Source of the DNA: Paramecium tetraurelia
Taxonomy: Eukaryota
Reading direction: 5' to 3'
Assembly: GCA_000165425.1 (NCBI GenBank)
Contig: CT868010.1
Location: 186,001 to 250,000 of the forward strand
Length of the DNA stretch: 64,000 nt
The first letter of the stretch is position 1, and each line of letters begins with the position of its first letter. Of the stretch, positions 26,995 through 40,720 are shown piece after piece. Made by a program: the position numbers and the translations under genes. The notes beneath the pieces were generated by a model. The model saw only the letters and a program-made list of their open reading frames with translations. It did not search any database and was not told the origin of the DNA.

Positions 26995-27586
26995 TTGACA
27001 GCAATTTTTTCAAATTTAAAATGTAAATATATATAAAAATGTTGTATACAATTAAAATAAAATTGAACTTAAATGAAAGAAATTCTGAATAGATTATATT
27101 TATTCAAAGAATTAAGTAATATCATTTTAATTTCCAATTTTATATGCAAGACAATCGACTTAATAGTAATTTAAAAATCATTAATTATATTAATAATTAA
27201 AATATGTAATAATAAAATACTAAGGTATTGTCTTTAGAGGAACTTTATTTTATATATCTCAGTAAGTTCCATATTCTTATTTTAAGGATTAATAAATTGT
27301 ATTATTTTAATTTGATAATATCATGATCATACTTAAGCCAAAATTATAAATACATTTTAAAGAGAATAATCTTGTTATTGTATCTAAATAAAACCTTGAA
27401 ATGTTTTCAATTTCTCTTAATAAAACCTCATTTGTTATAAAAAAATTATGTAAGAATTTGATTGAGAATTTTAATACTTTTATAAAATTAATAACCTATT
27501 CTAATTTCTAATCTTATCTTAAATTTCACCTCTTTCATTATAAACTTAAGCCTTAGACTCTACATCCTAACAATATATATTACGTA

Positions 27587-28034
27587 TCAGACAGTCTACT
27601 CCTCAATTTTGCGACTCAACATAGTAAAATAATTGAGAAATTTTTCAGAGAGAAATCTTTTAGTAAACAATAATTTATTCTAAAAATACTAGAGTTTATT
27701 AATCTATTGGGTTTCAAAGTCAAAAATGTGGTTTTGAATTAGCAGTCGAGTCAAGAATTAAAAATTTCTTTTTTTCAACAATTTAAGTTAAAATAAGTTT
27801 GTATAACGTATAAGATCATTTAACTTTTTAAATGGCCACCAATGATGGAAATATGAATTTAGTTGGACTGAAAATTGGGATTGATAAATGAGGCGAAGTT
27901 GAAGTGTTTAGGTCATCGAAATCTTCTTCTCTGATTTTTATTAATAAAAGTGGATTTGAGGATATCTTATTTTGGGATTTCTTCTCTTTTGCCTTCTTCA
28001 CGTATTTATTCTTATCAATATTAAAGGTGTTCAT
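27587..28034 (-). pseudogene. Hypothetical protein interrupted by a +1 frameshift in an A-run
   Basis: ATG-to-TGA span is 448 nt (3n+1); removing one A near 27826 gives a continuous 148-aa ORF. Confidence 0.45.
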
Positions 28035-28290
28035 GCTGATTTATAATTATTAAAAAATAAAAATTCATATCTATGGAATACTAAGTTATTTAGCCACAAG
28101 GAAATAAATCCTATCATGACGGTAGCTGATTCTCACAATAGATTATTAGGATAATTAGATTAAAAAAAAACTTGTAATATTTTTAAAAAGATTTTTGATT
28201 TTCTTAGAAATAATAAATTATATATAAAAATACATTTATTAACTTTTTAGACAACTTATGTGTGGTATATTTATAAAATTTGATAATTAC

Positions 28291-29481
28291 TCAATTTTCT
28301 TTCTTCTTGATTGTGAAACAACTAATATTAAGGTATGTGGTTATTTAATTTATGACATTCTTAATAAATAAGAGAGTTAGAACAATCGTGGAAATAAATT
28401 AAATCCAGAACAATATTTTCAAATGTTCCAAACTGAATGGAATAAAGAAGGTTAGTAAACTAATGATGATGAAGGGCAACATTTCCAAGTGGAATAAGGG
28501 AGTTTAATCCTGGGATAAAAATTGTATAATTTACCTTGGTTGTTGAACAAACAATTGTTTTGCAGACAATTGATGATAGAATAATTCCAAAATTAATCAG
28601 GAGTGGACCAGCAAGTTGACTATAGATTGGGGATGAGAACCAAACAAACTCTAAGGGATAAGACTAATTCTTACATAAGGTCCAAAACAAAAACAGAGGT
28701 ATCCATTCGCTGAACACTCTAAGTGGTTTTTAAGATTTGAAGATATTTGAGAAAAACAAGAAAATGTCTGAAATGACAGCGGCTCCCAAAATAGTTGTTG
28801 TGACTATTTTATATAGATTGAATCCGAATATTTTGTTGTGCCAAGCGCTTTATCCAAAGATTGCTGAAAACTATGGGATATATAAACTGATGATACCAAT
28901 TGGACTGAAATCGCTACTAATTCCAATTCAGTTACACCAAAATTAGCCAAATGAGTATGCAAAACTCCAGTGTAATATTCTTTTTGGTTTATTGCCCAAA
29001 GTCCTATTTGACAAAAGAATTAAAAATAAAATAAGGTGTCTCTGTCCATCAAGGTTGCCTATGCTGCTCCGATAATGAAAAATTGCATAATGAATGAATC
29101 ACAACCATGATCAAACAACTGACCCAGAGGCGAGGATGATTGTGTTCTTCTGGCTTGTTTTCCATCGGTCGCGTCAAGAGTTTGATATGCAAAAATAGCG
29201 AATGCCATAAAGTAGAATGTCCAAGAAGGGATGTCTTAGGTTAATGTCATATCGCCAAAAACCTAGAATATGCAAGCCAAGATCATTGTTATGAATCCAA
29301 TGAAGGTAATCAGATTTGGAGCAAGCCACTATGATAATTATGTACTCAAATTTACAGTAGGGTAGAGTTCACTTACAAATATCCAGAATGGATTAATCTT
29401 ATTGTCCAAATATGAGTATCCTCCAGAGACGTATTTATATTTTTTTAGGTTTTCCAATCCAGTATCGGAGATGAATGCCAT
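28291..29481 (-). CDS. Choline/ethanolamine phosphotransferase (CDP-alcohol phosphatidyltransferase)
   Basis: [41 protein letters not shown] signature; C-terminal KKKEN*. Confidence 0.95.
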
Positions 29482-29601
29482 AATAATTAATTATTGAAAA
29501 TCAAAAAGAAATATCTAGAATTAAATGTAATCTTATTGAGAATAATTTTCGAAAGGTAAGGAAAACCCCACACACAAAATATTTATAATTTAATTAAAAA
29601 C

Positions 29602-30156
29602 ATGATTAGAAATCCTCAAAATCCAATTGTATTCTTCGACGTAGCTATTGCTGGTCAAAAAGGTTGGTCGTATCAGAATGGAATTGTATGCTGATGTAGT
29701 TCCAAAAACAGCTGAGAATTTCAGATAGTTGTGTACAGGAGAATACAAGAGATTTGATAAACCTTCTGGTTTCAAGGGTTGTTAATTTCACAGAGTGATC
29801 AAGGATTTCATGATTTAGGGAGGTGATTTTGTGATGGTATCCATTCTTAATTACAATAGGGAGATGGCACTGGATGTGTTTCAATTTACGGAGACAAATT
29901 CGAAGACGAGAACTTTTAATTGAGACATGATGAACCTGGATTATTGTCTATGGCCAATTCTGGGCCCAACAGTAATGGCTGTCAATTTTTTATAACTTGT
30001 ACCAAATGCGATTGGTTAGATGGAAAACATGTAGTGTTTGGTAAAGTAATCGATGCAGGATCAATGCAAGTGATAAGAAGAATTGAAACCACTCCAGTTG
30101 GTCCACAAAATAAGCCAAAATAAATCATCATTATAGAAGAGTGTGGAGAGTTGTGA
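29602..30156 (+). CDS. PPIH: Cyclophilin, PPIH/CypH-like (spliceosomal)
   Basis: [66 protein letters not shown]; one intron. Confidence 0.88.
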
Positions 30157-30259
30157 CTAAATTACATTAACATTCTCAAAGAGTTTAATATTATTATAAT
30201 CAAATTACTATGTAAAGGGAAAATTTATATTAATGTTATTTTTATGCGTATTGAAAATT

Positions 30260-31793
30260 TCAAAATTTGCCTTAGTTTGATATCAAACTAAGAAGTTCGT
30301 CACCACAGTGCTCGTCGTATTTTTTCTCAATTTTAATTGCAGCTAAAGCTGAGATAAGTTATGTAATCTATTATTCAGTGAGATTCAGTTATTTAATTTA
30401 TTGATCTCCCATTTGCATTAGCTTCTATTCAGATATTTTGAGTCCTTACAAAATCTTATATATATATTCCCCCTAATATAAAAATATTTAAATTTACCTC
30501 GTTTAATTTAAGAATTTCTTCATAAAGTTTTTTTGAGTAAGTAAGATGGGAATTACTTTAAACAGTTTGTTAAACTTTCATTGTGTAATTGTTGCCCATT
30601 ATATGCAACTGCTTTTAATCAGGTGTAGTAGGTGCTGTTCGATGTTTCTTTTAAGATTAAAATTGTTGTTGCGCATTATGTTTTTTCTTTTGCATTTTGG
30701 ATCCATCTGAAAAATCAGAGCCTCTCCTTGAATTAGAGTCAGATGTCTTTGTATTTGTAATGGATTATTAACAAAACGGTTACCCAATTTCCAATTTCTC
30801 TTTGCTCATATAATCTTGGGGAATGTAATTGGGGATTATAGGACCTACATAATTCGATGTAGGCTTATATGGTTGTCTTTTTGCTTCAATGTGCACATTT
30901 GGTTCTTCTATGACCCATGAATTATCAGGCAATTACTTACGAACTCTAATAAAATTTAACTGAAAATTGTACCTTCTCTCCTGATCTGAATGGTAGAATG
31001 CACATTCACCTAACTTCTTAGTGCAATTAGACTAGGTGCATGGTTTAGTTTTATAGATTAGAGGATGATATTCAAATTCTTTCCATCCATGACAATATTT
31101 GCAGTCTTCTTAATCTGGACATCCTCCTTTATCATAATTTAAAATCTGATTGGTTTTGTTCCAATGTGGACATTCCTTTGGCTATAACTTCCTTGGATCT
31201 CTGCGAAAGTCCTAAGCGTTATGAGCATAGACACAGGAAGCCCTATCATGACTAAAAATGTTTTTTAAGATTAAGATGTTACTTGATTGTAAGAGGACAC
31301 CAAACAGTTTTGTATTAAAACATCCAGAAGTTTTTGTCTTGAACCATTCCATCCAACTTAACTGGAATGATCAATTCTTGATCATTATGAGCAAATGAAC
31401 AATATACTCCATAATCACATTCCTTTATGTGAGTGCAATATTTGGTCTTGTATCTGTTGGGATGGTACACTTGCTCCACTTTATTGTGAGCAAATTGACA
31501 TTCATCCCCTTATGGACAATTGTCAGCTTGCGGGCATAATTAGCATCTGAAAATAAATATTCAGATTTAAATTACTTGTAAGAATAATATTTGAGATCTC
31601 TTCTCCTGTCAGTTTCGTCATGAAAAAATGGGCAATACTTTTTTTAGTTAATTTGATGTTGAATCTAACATTTTTGAGTTTTAAATTGATGATGGTCTAT
31701 ATGCTGTTAAACTCTAACTGGTGAATTTGGATTGTAAATATCTAAATTAGTAAGTGATGATTCGTGAGAACGAACTCTTCGACTTCCTAGCAT
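30260..31793 (-). CDS. Unkempt-like tandem CCCH zinc-finger protein
   Basis: FKTQKC...CPFFHDETDRRR, CQFAHNKVEQVYHPNRYKT, YKTVWC...CVYAHNAQDFRR, CKYCHGWKEFEYHPLIYKT. Confidence 0.88.
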
Positions 31794-31940
31794 TCGTTAA
31801 TAAACTATTTTTTATAATAACTATTAAATCAACTCATCATCATCATAAAATTTATAAAAATGTTAGTTGTACCAAAATTTGAATTCAAAGAAACACACGT
31901 TTATCCCAAGAACAAGAACAATTTTTAAATATATATTATT

Positions 31941-32586
31941 TCATAACTTAATTGAGTTTATTGCATTCAAATTAATGCTACCCATACCTTAAAATTATCT
32001 ATTCTTTAACTTCCCCTTCTCCTTCTTGAAGTTGTCTCCCCTTGTGAACTTCAACTTCTCATTTCCAAACTCACCGTATTCATCCCCCTCTCCAAACATC
32101 TTTTTGGCCTCAAAAGCATTGACCTTGAAATGTTCAGGCAATATATCATATACTGAGTCATCACACTTTTGGAAAAACTTCTTCTTTTCCTTCTGCTCCA
32201 CAACTTCCTCATTGATTTGTGCAACTTAAATTAAAATGCCTTATTACTATCTATTTTAGTGAATGTTCTTTTATCTAATAATGGTTTTGTTCCTTTTTTA
32301 TTGCTCTTCTCCTCCTACTTCTATTATTCAGTTTCCTCTTCTTATTCCTCAATCTCTGCCTCTGCAACAAATTTTCTCGCTAGCTTACTAATCAATGTGC
32401 AATTAATTATTACGGGTGTCCGTCAATATAATATTTGATAATCTTTGATAAATCCTTATTGGCCATTGGAGTTTCATCATGTTCATATAAAGAATCAATT
32501 TGCTTAGCAGATTTCTTCAATCCGATGGATTTCAAGTATTCCACTATCAAGGGTAACACATCCTATGGAGTCAAGTCTCTTTGCAT
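31941..32586 (-). CDS. Nucleolar Srp40/Nopp140-like protein (LisH plus SRP40 C-terminal domain)
   Basis: VLPLIVEYLKSIGLKKSAK LisH-like start; KLKFTRGDNFKKEKGKLKNR...GSINLNAINSIKL end. Confidence 0.85.
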
Positions 32587-32995
32587 CAAAATAATAAATG
32601 GAATTTATTTTAATCACACAAAAATCTCTATTAAATTTTTATCTAATAATATCAAAAAACACACCCTATAGTGTAGCTACAATAAATTAACAATATGAAT
32701 AAGGACTAAACTCAAAAAATAAAATAAGAAATAGTAGTCATCTAATTACTAGATAATTCAATAATCTTAAATACTCTAATAACAAAATTTATTAAATTAT
32801 CTTTAACATTAAAGATGAAAGAAAATGACATATAATTCAAATGAATAAAAGATATAGAATCAATTAGGATGTCATCAAAATTAAACAACTAAAAGAAAAT
32901 GAGATAAGAGATTAAAAACAAAAAATACAATTAACATTTTCGATATGATCAATAATTTTAACAATTTATAAATTTAATTTTATATCCATTATTAT

Positions 32996-34370
32996 TCATT
33001 AATTTTTAGCTAATTACAGTAATGTATTTAATTTATTGAGTCTTACATCTATACTCTATAAATCTTCAGTCGTAGCTTCGATTTTGCTTTAAGGAGTAGT
33101 TATGATTGTATTCTCTTTATTCTTTTCTCTTAAATCTCTTAATCTTTTAATTAAACGCTATTCTTCTGAATCCTCGAACTTATTCGAATCTGATGGTTTA
33201 ATAACATTTTTATTTTTTTGTAGTTTTGAATTGGATTGTTTAGGTTAGAATGACTTTTTTTTTGATGAACTTGATCTTGCTGAGGGACTTTATTCAGTTC
33301 TTTTAGAATTGGATTTTCTTCTGTAAGAAGACTCTGTATCACTATCCAAACTATCTTTTCGCAACTAATGATATTAATATGAAAATTACTCTAATTGGAG
33401 TTGTTTTCTCAATGCTTTTTCTTTTGGAAGGTATATTACTGGTGTTGAGTTAGTTTTTTTATTTATTGTTAGATTTTGAAACAGACGGAGATCGAGAAAG
33501 ATTCGAATTATATTTGGACTTTGATTTATTTAGAGTTTACTGTAATTCAGATTCCAATGAGTTTATTCTTTATTTATTCTTTTTATCTTAGTTCTTCAGT
33601 ATTACATTTTCATCTATCAATTATTGTAAATAGTCTTCAAATTCGATCATTTTTTTTGATAATTCTGAATTTGTATTTTCACTTTATAGATATTTTGATC
33701 TTAGGTCATTGTATTCTTATCTATTTATCATTGTATTGGAATATTGATGATTCATATTTTTTAATTCTAAAATTTCACTTTCCTTTTGATCAATGATGTT
33801 TCTTAACATTTCTAATTCTCTTATTTATTCATTCAACAAAATTGAAGGGTTGGATTCGTTTCGTTTTTAATCCTTGTAAAATTAGAGATTTTTATGCAAT
33901 GATTCATTTTCTTTCCTTAATCTAATAATCGTATTCTTCATTTATTATAAATTTGGTTATTCATTAAAATTTAATGGTAAAGGATAATGCACTTTATCAA
34001 ATTCTACAACATAACTAAGGATAAGGTAGCGTTTATTATTAGGAGCTAGGTTTTGAGTTGGTTATTTATTGGACCTCTTATTTTTTATTTGCTCCAAATC
34101 TTAATAGGTCAGGATGTCGATATACACGGTCTCAGTTTAATTATTCAACGCTGACTAGAGCATCTTTATGAACGTGGCATATTTCTTATAATTTCCAGTT
34201 TTTGATGCAATATCTTCAATATATTGAGCTTAGAAATTGGCAATCCAAGAGTCACCAGATTGTTTCGATTCAATTTCAATATTTAGAGTCTCAACATTTG
34301 CATTAATGTTGATAATGTAATTGACATCATGAAATTAGCGTTCAACACAGATATCAAGGAGATCTTCCAT
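32996..34370 (-). CDS. VFL3: Basal-body protein CCDC61/VFL3 (SAS-6-like head plus coiled coil)
   Basis: YIEDIASKTGNYKKY..F.KML.SAL, DILTYQDLE, KRYLILSYVVEFDKVHYPLPL match the CCDC61 head as I recall it. Confidence 0.9.
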
Positions 34371-34399
34371 TTTGAATTATAAATCAGTTAATTTATTAA

Positions 34400-35784
34400 T
34401 CAGATTTCAAAATCAGGAATAATAACATGTACTTATCTATTGGACCAATAGGGCAATTCTTCTGCAATTTACTAGGCCTTGATTATGAGTTCTATATTAT
34501 CAATATGATTGCTATTTACATTCTCCTTCTCCACTTCTATTGGGCATCTTCTTCAACATACTTCCAAGCAATTGCATACATAATACTTTATTATATGAAT
34601 CTGAATTCTCAAGCATTTACAATACTATTCTATACATGCTTTCTGCTCTATCAAACTGAAAATTCATCATAATTTTATACATATTTATTAGTACTGCACA
34701 TCCAAGCTAAAAATAAGAGAGATCTATCCATATTGGTTGGATCTTGTTCCTCATAAAAATTGATTGTAGTTTTCAACCAAAATTGTAATTCAGCCCTTTT
34801 TGATGGTGCTTTATTCAAAACAAATTCACTTAGATTGAGCAATGGTTTTCCAACATGCAAACTCTTAAATTGGGTTTTGGTTAGATTGGTTCTATCTTAA
34901 GGTAGAAGATCTTCATTCAGTAACCATTCCAATCCAGTTTTAATTTGATTGTTTGAATGCTCAATGTAATAAATTGACTTTTTAAATAGAGGTATCACAT
35001 TTTCAAAATCGGCATCTATGTTTTCTGCTGGAATATCACTTTATTGAGGTCCTGTCTCTTCTTCGTCATCACTTACAAATTCTCTAAGACTTGGGAACTT
35101 GTGCCACCATGAAGCCACAGCCAAACTATTGTAAGCCCATCCTTTCAATTGATTGGAGGGGTCTGAAGCCAGACACTCTCTCAATCTTGATTTGGCATCA
35201 GTGTAATTTTCCTTCAATAAATAGGCTGTCTTTTAATAGTGATTAAATTTGATACGCCCAAGAAATACTAGAATTGTTTCTAATACCCTAAGGGTACATT
35301 TTCTCGCTGCATTTCGCTTAACAAAGCCTTGCCCAAGAGTATTGCCTTGTTGAGATTATACTTCAAACAATGAGTCAATAGATCACTGTATGCAGAATAC
35401 ACAAGGGCGTAATTAGCTTTTTATCTCAAAAATTGTCTGATTATTTCTTCCAATTGAGCTTCTGCATCCTCGTATCTTCTGAGTTACAAGTTGGAATAGA
35501 CGATTCTATTGAATGATGGACAAGATGTACCTCCTTGAAACATCAACCCATTCCTTATCTTTTAAGTTGTTGGTTTCTAAGAAATTCTTAAATCTTCCAA
35601 AAAATTGAAGGGCCACTCGATATTTACCATGTTGCATTTGTTCAAGGCCATATCAACCACAAATATAATTAAATTTGTACTTGTATTATTCTGTTGCCAA
35701 TACTGTTGAATACATCTCATCCGATTATGATTGTGTGGGCTCGATGGTTTAATTGAAATAAAATCTGGGAGTGGATTTTTGCAT
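34400..35784 (-). CDS. Hypothetical helical-repeat (TPR-like) protein with an apparent 1-nt frameshift near 35287
   Basis: ATG 35784 MQKSTPRFYF...; RRYEDAEAQLEEI and ENYTDAKSRLRECL helices lie in different frames; ends ELPYWSNRQVHVIIPDFEI*. Confidence 0.6.
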
Positions 35785-35983
35785 AGTGATCACAGCATTC
35801 CTCACAATTTTAAAAAGCATTGAGCAATAATAATAATATTATATGATAGCAAGTAAATGAATTAGATGATTTTTATAAATAAATCCTGCCAAAAAGTATA
35901 AACATAAGTAGAGTGCCTTAGTTTGAGTTTGCTGTTTATTGGATTGATTGGAGATATAATTAAAATAATTTAAAAAAAAAACA

Positions 35984-36960
35984 ATGACTTAGGATGAGTT
36001 TTTAAATGAATACATATCAAAGAATCATCGAATTAGCGAGGGATATGCATATGCTATACAAGCAAGCTGGTATTATCGAGTGTGAATACTAGGTACAGAT
36101 AATTTGAGAGATTCCTATAAAATCCATCTGGTGTGGATGTTACGAGATTTAATAAAATTTAAAATAGTCAAATAGCAGAAGGGACCATCGATATGTCAGT
36201 CTCATTAAAATAATATTCTCTACCTCCCTATTAGCAAATAAATTATTCGCATGTTTATGGATTGAAACCTGATGCTAAATTCCAAACTGATTTCTACATA
36301 GTTTCAATCGACGTGTGGCACTTCTTTAAACTCTATTATGGTTCAGGTATGTTTACTGATTGAAGTTGTTTTAGATTATGATGTAATTGTTTTTGTTACA
36401 CAGCAGCATCCTCAAATGAACAACTATTTAATTTGCGATAACTTCGAGGAAGGATTGTGTATTTGCAGAGAAATCATAAACGTTCTCTTTGTAATTGTAT
36501 TTCCAAGAAACATCTCTGTAATGCAAGCCATCTTAACACCAATAAGTCCTTGGATGGATTTAATCAAATTTCGTGCGTTTCTGTTTGCCATGCACAATTT
36601 TGGAATCGATGCCATCAAATTTATTAATGAAGGCTTCATTTATTTTAACAACAAAAAAGTGCCCTTCAAAGGAAATCGAAAACTTTATGACATTGGCATA
36701 AACAAGGATATCCAAATTGTTATGGCATGTCAAAACTTGTTAATGTAAGACATAGAGGAGGAGATTGAAACTGACGGAGAAGAGCAAAAATTGGAATAAA
36801 GTAATTATTATCTCTATTATTTTGAGATTTACATAACAAACAAGAATTCTTAGAAATATTAGAAAAAACTCTAAATGAACAGTCCGTCATTCAATTGCAT
36901 ATAAAATCAATTGAAGAAATTCAATAATCTATAGATCAAAATGACTTCTTTTAAGTTTGA
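35984..36960 (+). CDS. DUSP-like domain protein lacking a USP catalytic domain
   Basis: YAIQASWYRQFERFL...IQNSQI...LKPDAKFQTDFYIVSIDVWHFFKLYYG resembles DUSP; followed by a ubiquitin-like segment (KLYDIGINKDIQIVM). Confidence 0.65.
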
Positions 36961-37685
36961 ATTTATTATTATTATTATATAAATATTGATATCTATATTT
37001 TGGATTGAAATACTACAACTAAAAGTAAATATCGAATATAATCCAAATTATCATATTACAATGATTAATACAATATATGGTAAGATAATCAATTAGTTTC
37101 TCAAAAAATAAACATGGAAATAAAAGAATTATTGACAAGATGGCTAATTCGATAATTCAAATATTCCAAAACTATCTTAGAACTCAACTACCATAGACAT
37201 ACTTTCCAGTTCTTAGCAAAAAAATGGTTTTCTCGAGAAAAAATTTTCCTTTAAGCAGATGTGTATCAAATTAGCGTCAGTTGCATATGAATTACTTATA
37301 ATTTAAATGATTTATATAAAATCCATTAAATAATAGAATAAAAGATAATCAATATACGAGTTCCTATATAGGGTCTATTAAATGACCTATTTCAAAGGTA
37401 GTTTAATTTAATGTCTTGATCCTTTAAATACTTATAAAATCAATATTCTAACTATATATTCTCAGAAGTCGAGTCTTAATAAAATTAATGCAAATAGTTA
37501 TGCATTATCAAATAATTATGGATATATTTTATATATTTCAAATATAAATATAAATATAAACATAAACATAATTTTTAATGATTTTATATGCAAAATATTG
37601 ATATCTTAAATCTTATAATAATTTCTAGGTATAGTCATTTTCTTGTGTTTTTGATTTTTAATAATGTTTATTTAAATAAAAAAAA

Positions 37686-37759
37686 TACCTTCCAAGGGAT
37701 TCGAACCCTTGATATGCGGCTTAAAAGGCCGACGCTTTAACCAACTTAGCTAGGAAGGC
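37686..37759 (-). tRNA. tRNA-Lys(UUU)
   Basis: GCCTTCC TA GCTAAGTTGGTTAAAGC G TCGGC CTTTTAA GCCGC ATATC AAGGG TTCGAAT CCCTT GGAAGGT A; cloverleaf followed by oligo-T terminator. Confidence 0.9.
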
Positions 37760-37843
37760 AACTTGATGAATAAAGGGGCGAATTTGTAAACTTTTAAAAT
37801 ATGATATGAAATTATTATTTTGTTTAATTTTTAAATAATTTTA

Positions 37844-39134
37844 TCATTTAATAGGCTTATTGATTTCAAAAATTTTAATGTTTAATTCATTTGATATCTG
37901 TCTTGCAATATTGTATAGAAAATGAATATGGATGAAAATGCTTGATAAAGCAATGAATTAAATTAATAATCCTTCATTTAGTATTGGCTGTCCTAATAGT
38001 TATCCTGAAATTGTATTTATTAAGAGAAGAATAAAGAAATAAATAGAATTCAAATATGCTGGCAATGGCGTATTACAAACATGATTCAAAGCTACAATAC
38101 CTACTGATTTTGACATAGTAAAACCAATTGTGTACATATAAGCTCTAACATGCTGTTCAATAGCATTAGTTTTTGAGAAATATATATTATAGAGTATGAC
38201 AGCATTGCAAAACAGGAAGTATCGAAGTTATTTAAATAAAGATGATGCTGTGGTGAATTTGCGTATTTTGAATATTCTAAAATGATAATATGAGAAGCTG
38301 TTACACTGAAGGCATAGTGATTAAGACAGATGAAGCAAAAGCAACTAGAACAAAGTGGTTGACTTATAGCTCATAAAGAGTGGGTAATTTAGTCAGCCAC
38401 CAATCACATCCTATTAATTTATGGATAATCACATATTACCGAAATAAGCAGTGATTGCAAAGAAAATGGCTACACTAATGGTGCCTTCTGCTGCAGCATT
38501 AATGATTGGCAGATTCATTTCATGTGTATAATATTCTTCATGAGCAATTAAATAAAATGGTATGGATGGGATGATATAAAGAACAACTGAAAAAATATTA
38601 TTTCCAACTTACATGGCGGTGGTTAGATTTGTACCTAAATAGTGATTTACTTGTTACCTTATAATAAAATAATCATAGAATCAAAATTATGGTCTAAGAT
38701 CATCCCTAGTGGTGAAGAATTTCCTGATAAAATTTATATTCAATCATACTTGTTCTTCTAGCTTACTTTCCATCTAAATTATCAAAATTCTGGGATACTG
38801 ATTATTATTACCATATAAAGCATATGGAGAGTGGCTGTAAACCACAACAACCAATTTGGGATGAATCCATTAAATGTGTCACCCATAACAAAATAGAAAA
38901 CAATGTGTGGAATTATCACGCATATCAATCCCAGTAATGTGAGCACATTAGGCCTAAATGTATGGTTTGCTTAAAATAGTACGCAACATTCAAAGGAACG
39001 AATTTTAAACAATATTCAGCAATCGGTGAAAGTATGTAATTATAAAGCAATGATAGATCTGATCCTTTATAACGATAAGTATGAAGGTATTTTAAATGAT
39101 CAGAAGAGATGAAGTCATAATTTAGGTATTTCAT
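37844..39134 (-). CDS. Second choline/ethanolamine phosphotransferase
   Basis: [51 protein letters not shown]; several micro-introns. Confidence 0.92.
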
Positions 39135-39753
39135 TAATATTTTTTATTTTTTTAACTGTTCCTTAAAAGTATAATTCTAATTCTTAAAGAATATTCTTAA
39201 ATCAAAAGATTTATTTTTCAAAGAAATCTCAGAGATACATTGGGCAAAACTAACAAAAAGCGAGAGAATTAGAAAATATACTATAATAAAGAATCTGAAA
39301 GTGTAATCAATCGATTAATCTAACCATTATTTTATATAAATTTCAGTAAAACAATAGGTCCTGATTCCTATAGCCTTGTGACTTCAACTTCAAAATTCTA
39401 TATAATCAACTCCTATAATTTGTTTGTGTCCCTATACAATAATTCAGTTTGGCTGGTATTCTCTATCTATAAATTAAAAATGTCTATAATCTCTGCATAG
39501 TCCACTTTTATTAAGTCTCAAAAATATCAATTACTTTAAATTTTATGCAATGATTCATGAATCTCCAATTATTATAAAAATGAATGCTAAAACTTGCACA
39601 AGGGAAACTACGAAATAATTTTTACCATTGTTTAATGATATAGATTTATTCCATTTAGTAGGCATGTTTTTGGACATTCTTTAATTACATTATACATACT
39701 AACAAATTATTAACAATAAAATTAGCTCATTCAATTAATAATTTCAGGATATA

Positions 39754-40720
39754 ATGAATTCATGGAATTTAATTAGAAATACAATTGGACTATTTGGTTC
39801 TGCTGTCCATGAAGGATAAACAATAATTGGAACTGAATTAGCACCTAGAGTACTTCGAAAAGGGGGATTGATATCGGCTCTCTATAATTTAGGATGAGAA
39901 ATATGTAAGGGAAAGGTTTTAGGACGAATAATGTTAAGAGTAAGTTGTTTAAGAACAGCCAGCAATTTGGGAATATTAATGGAGAAATACGCAAGAGAGT
40001 ATATGAAATAGCCTCTAAACAAAGATTCATGCTAAATATAGGAGGAGACCATAGTGTGGCTTGTGGATCTCTACATGGGTTGCTTGAACATTACAGTTAT
40101 GAATTAAGGGTCATTTTGGTGGATGCTCATGCAAATTGCAATTATGAACTTGATTTAAATAGGAATTCTCATGGGATGCCTTTAGGACATCTTTATGGAG
40201 CTATCACTGAGCAAATTAAAGGATTTGAATGGTTGAAACAACGATTGGATACTAAGAATATCATATATGTTGGAATTTGAGATATTGATTATATGGAGAT
40301 AGAATTCATCAAAGATCAGAAGATTGTACATTATGGAATGGATGAGATAATTGAGTTGGATATAGGGCAATTAATGACACTGATTCTAAAATAATTTGAA
40401 GGAAAACCTATTCATTTGAGTTTTATGTCGATTCAATTGATCCAGAGTTTGCTCATGGGACTGGAACCTTGGTAGACAGAGGGATCAAATCAAGGGAAGT
40501 TCATAAAATTTGCTGAGTCTCGATATTTGATAGACATGGATTTAGTAGAAATCAATCCTTAATTAGAAAAGACTCCAGAACTAAGAGAGGAATTTTTGGG
40601 GATTTTTAATAAGTATGACGTATTGCTCTTATTAAGATTGGCAGGATTCAAGGTACTTAGAGAGTTGCCTTGGGTATAGAATTGATAGCTTCAGCATTAG
40701 GCAGAACTTTGGTGTTATGA
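39754..40720 (+). pseudogene. Arginase pseudogene
   Basis: GGDHSVACGS, DAHANCN, SHGMP, MDLVEINP motifs; in-frame TGA at 39895-39897 and 40278-40280, frameshift near 40424. Confidence 0.9.

Noticed and set aside
28060..28291. SECIS downstream of the EPT gene (the human homolog SELENOI is a selenoprotein)
   Set aside because: An ATGA-led hairpin exists on the minus strand but lacks the apical AA and a matched GA quartet; the gene ends normally at KKKEN*.
39895..40280. In-frame TGAs in arginase as Trp or selenocysteine recoding, possibly served by the nearby tRNA-like RNAs
   Set aside because: One TGA replaces Trp and the other Arg, and a frameshift and a metal-ligand loss are also present; pseudogenisation explains all of them.
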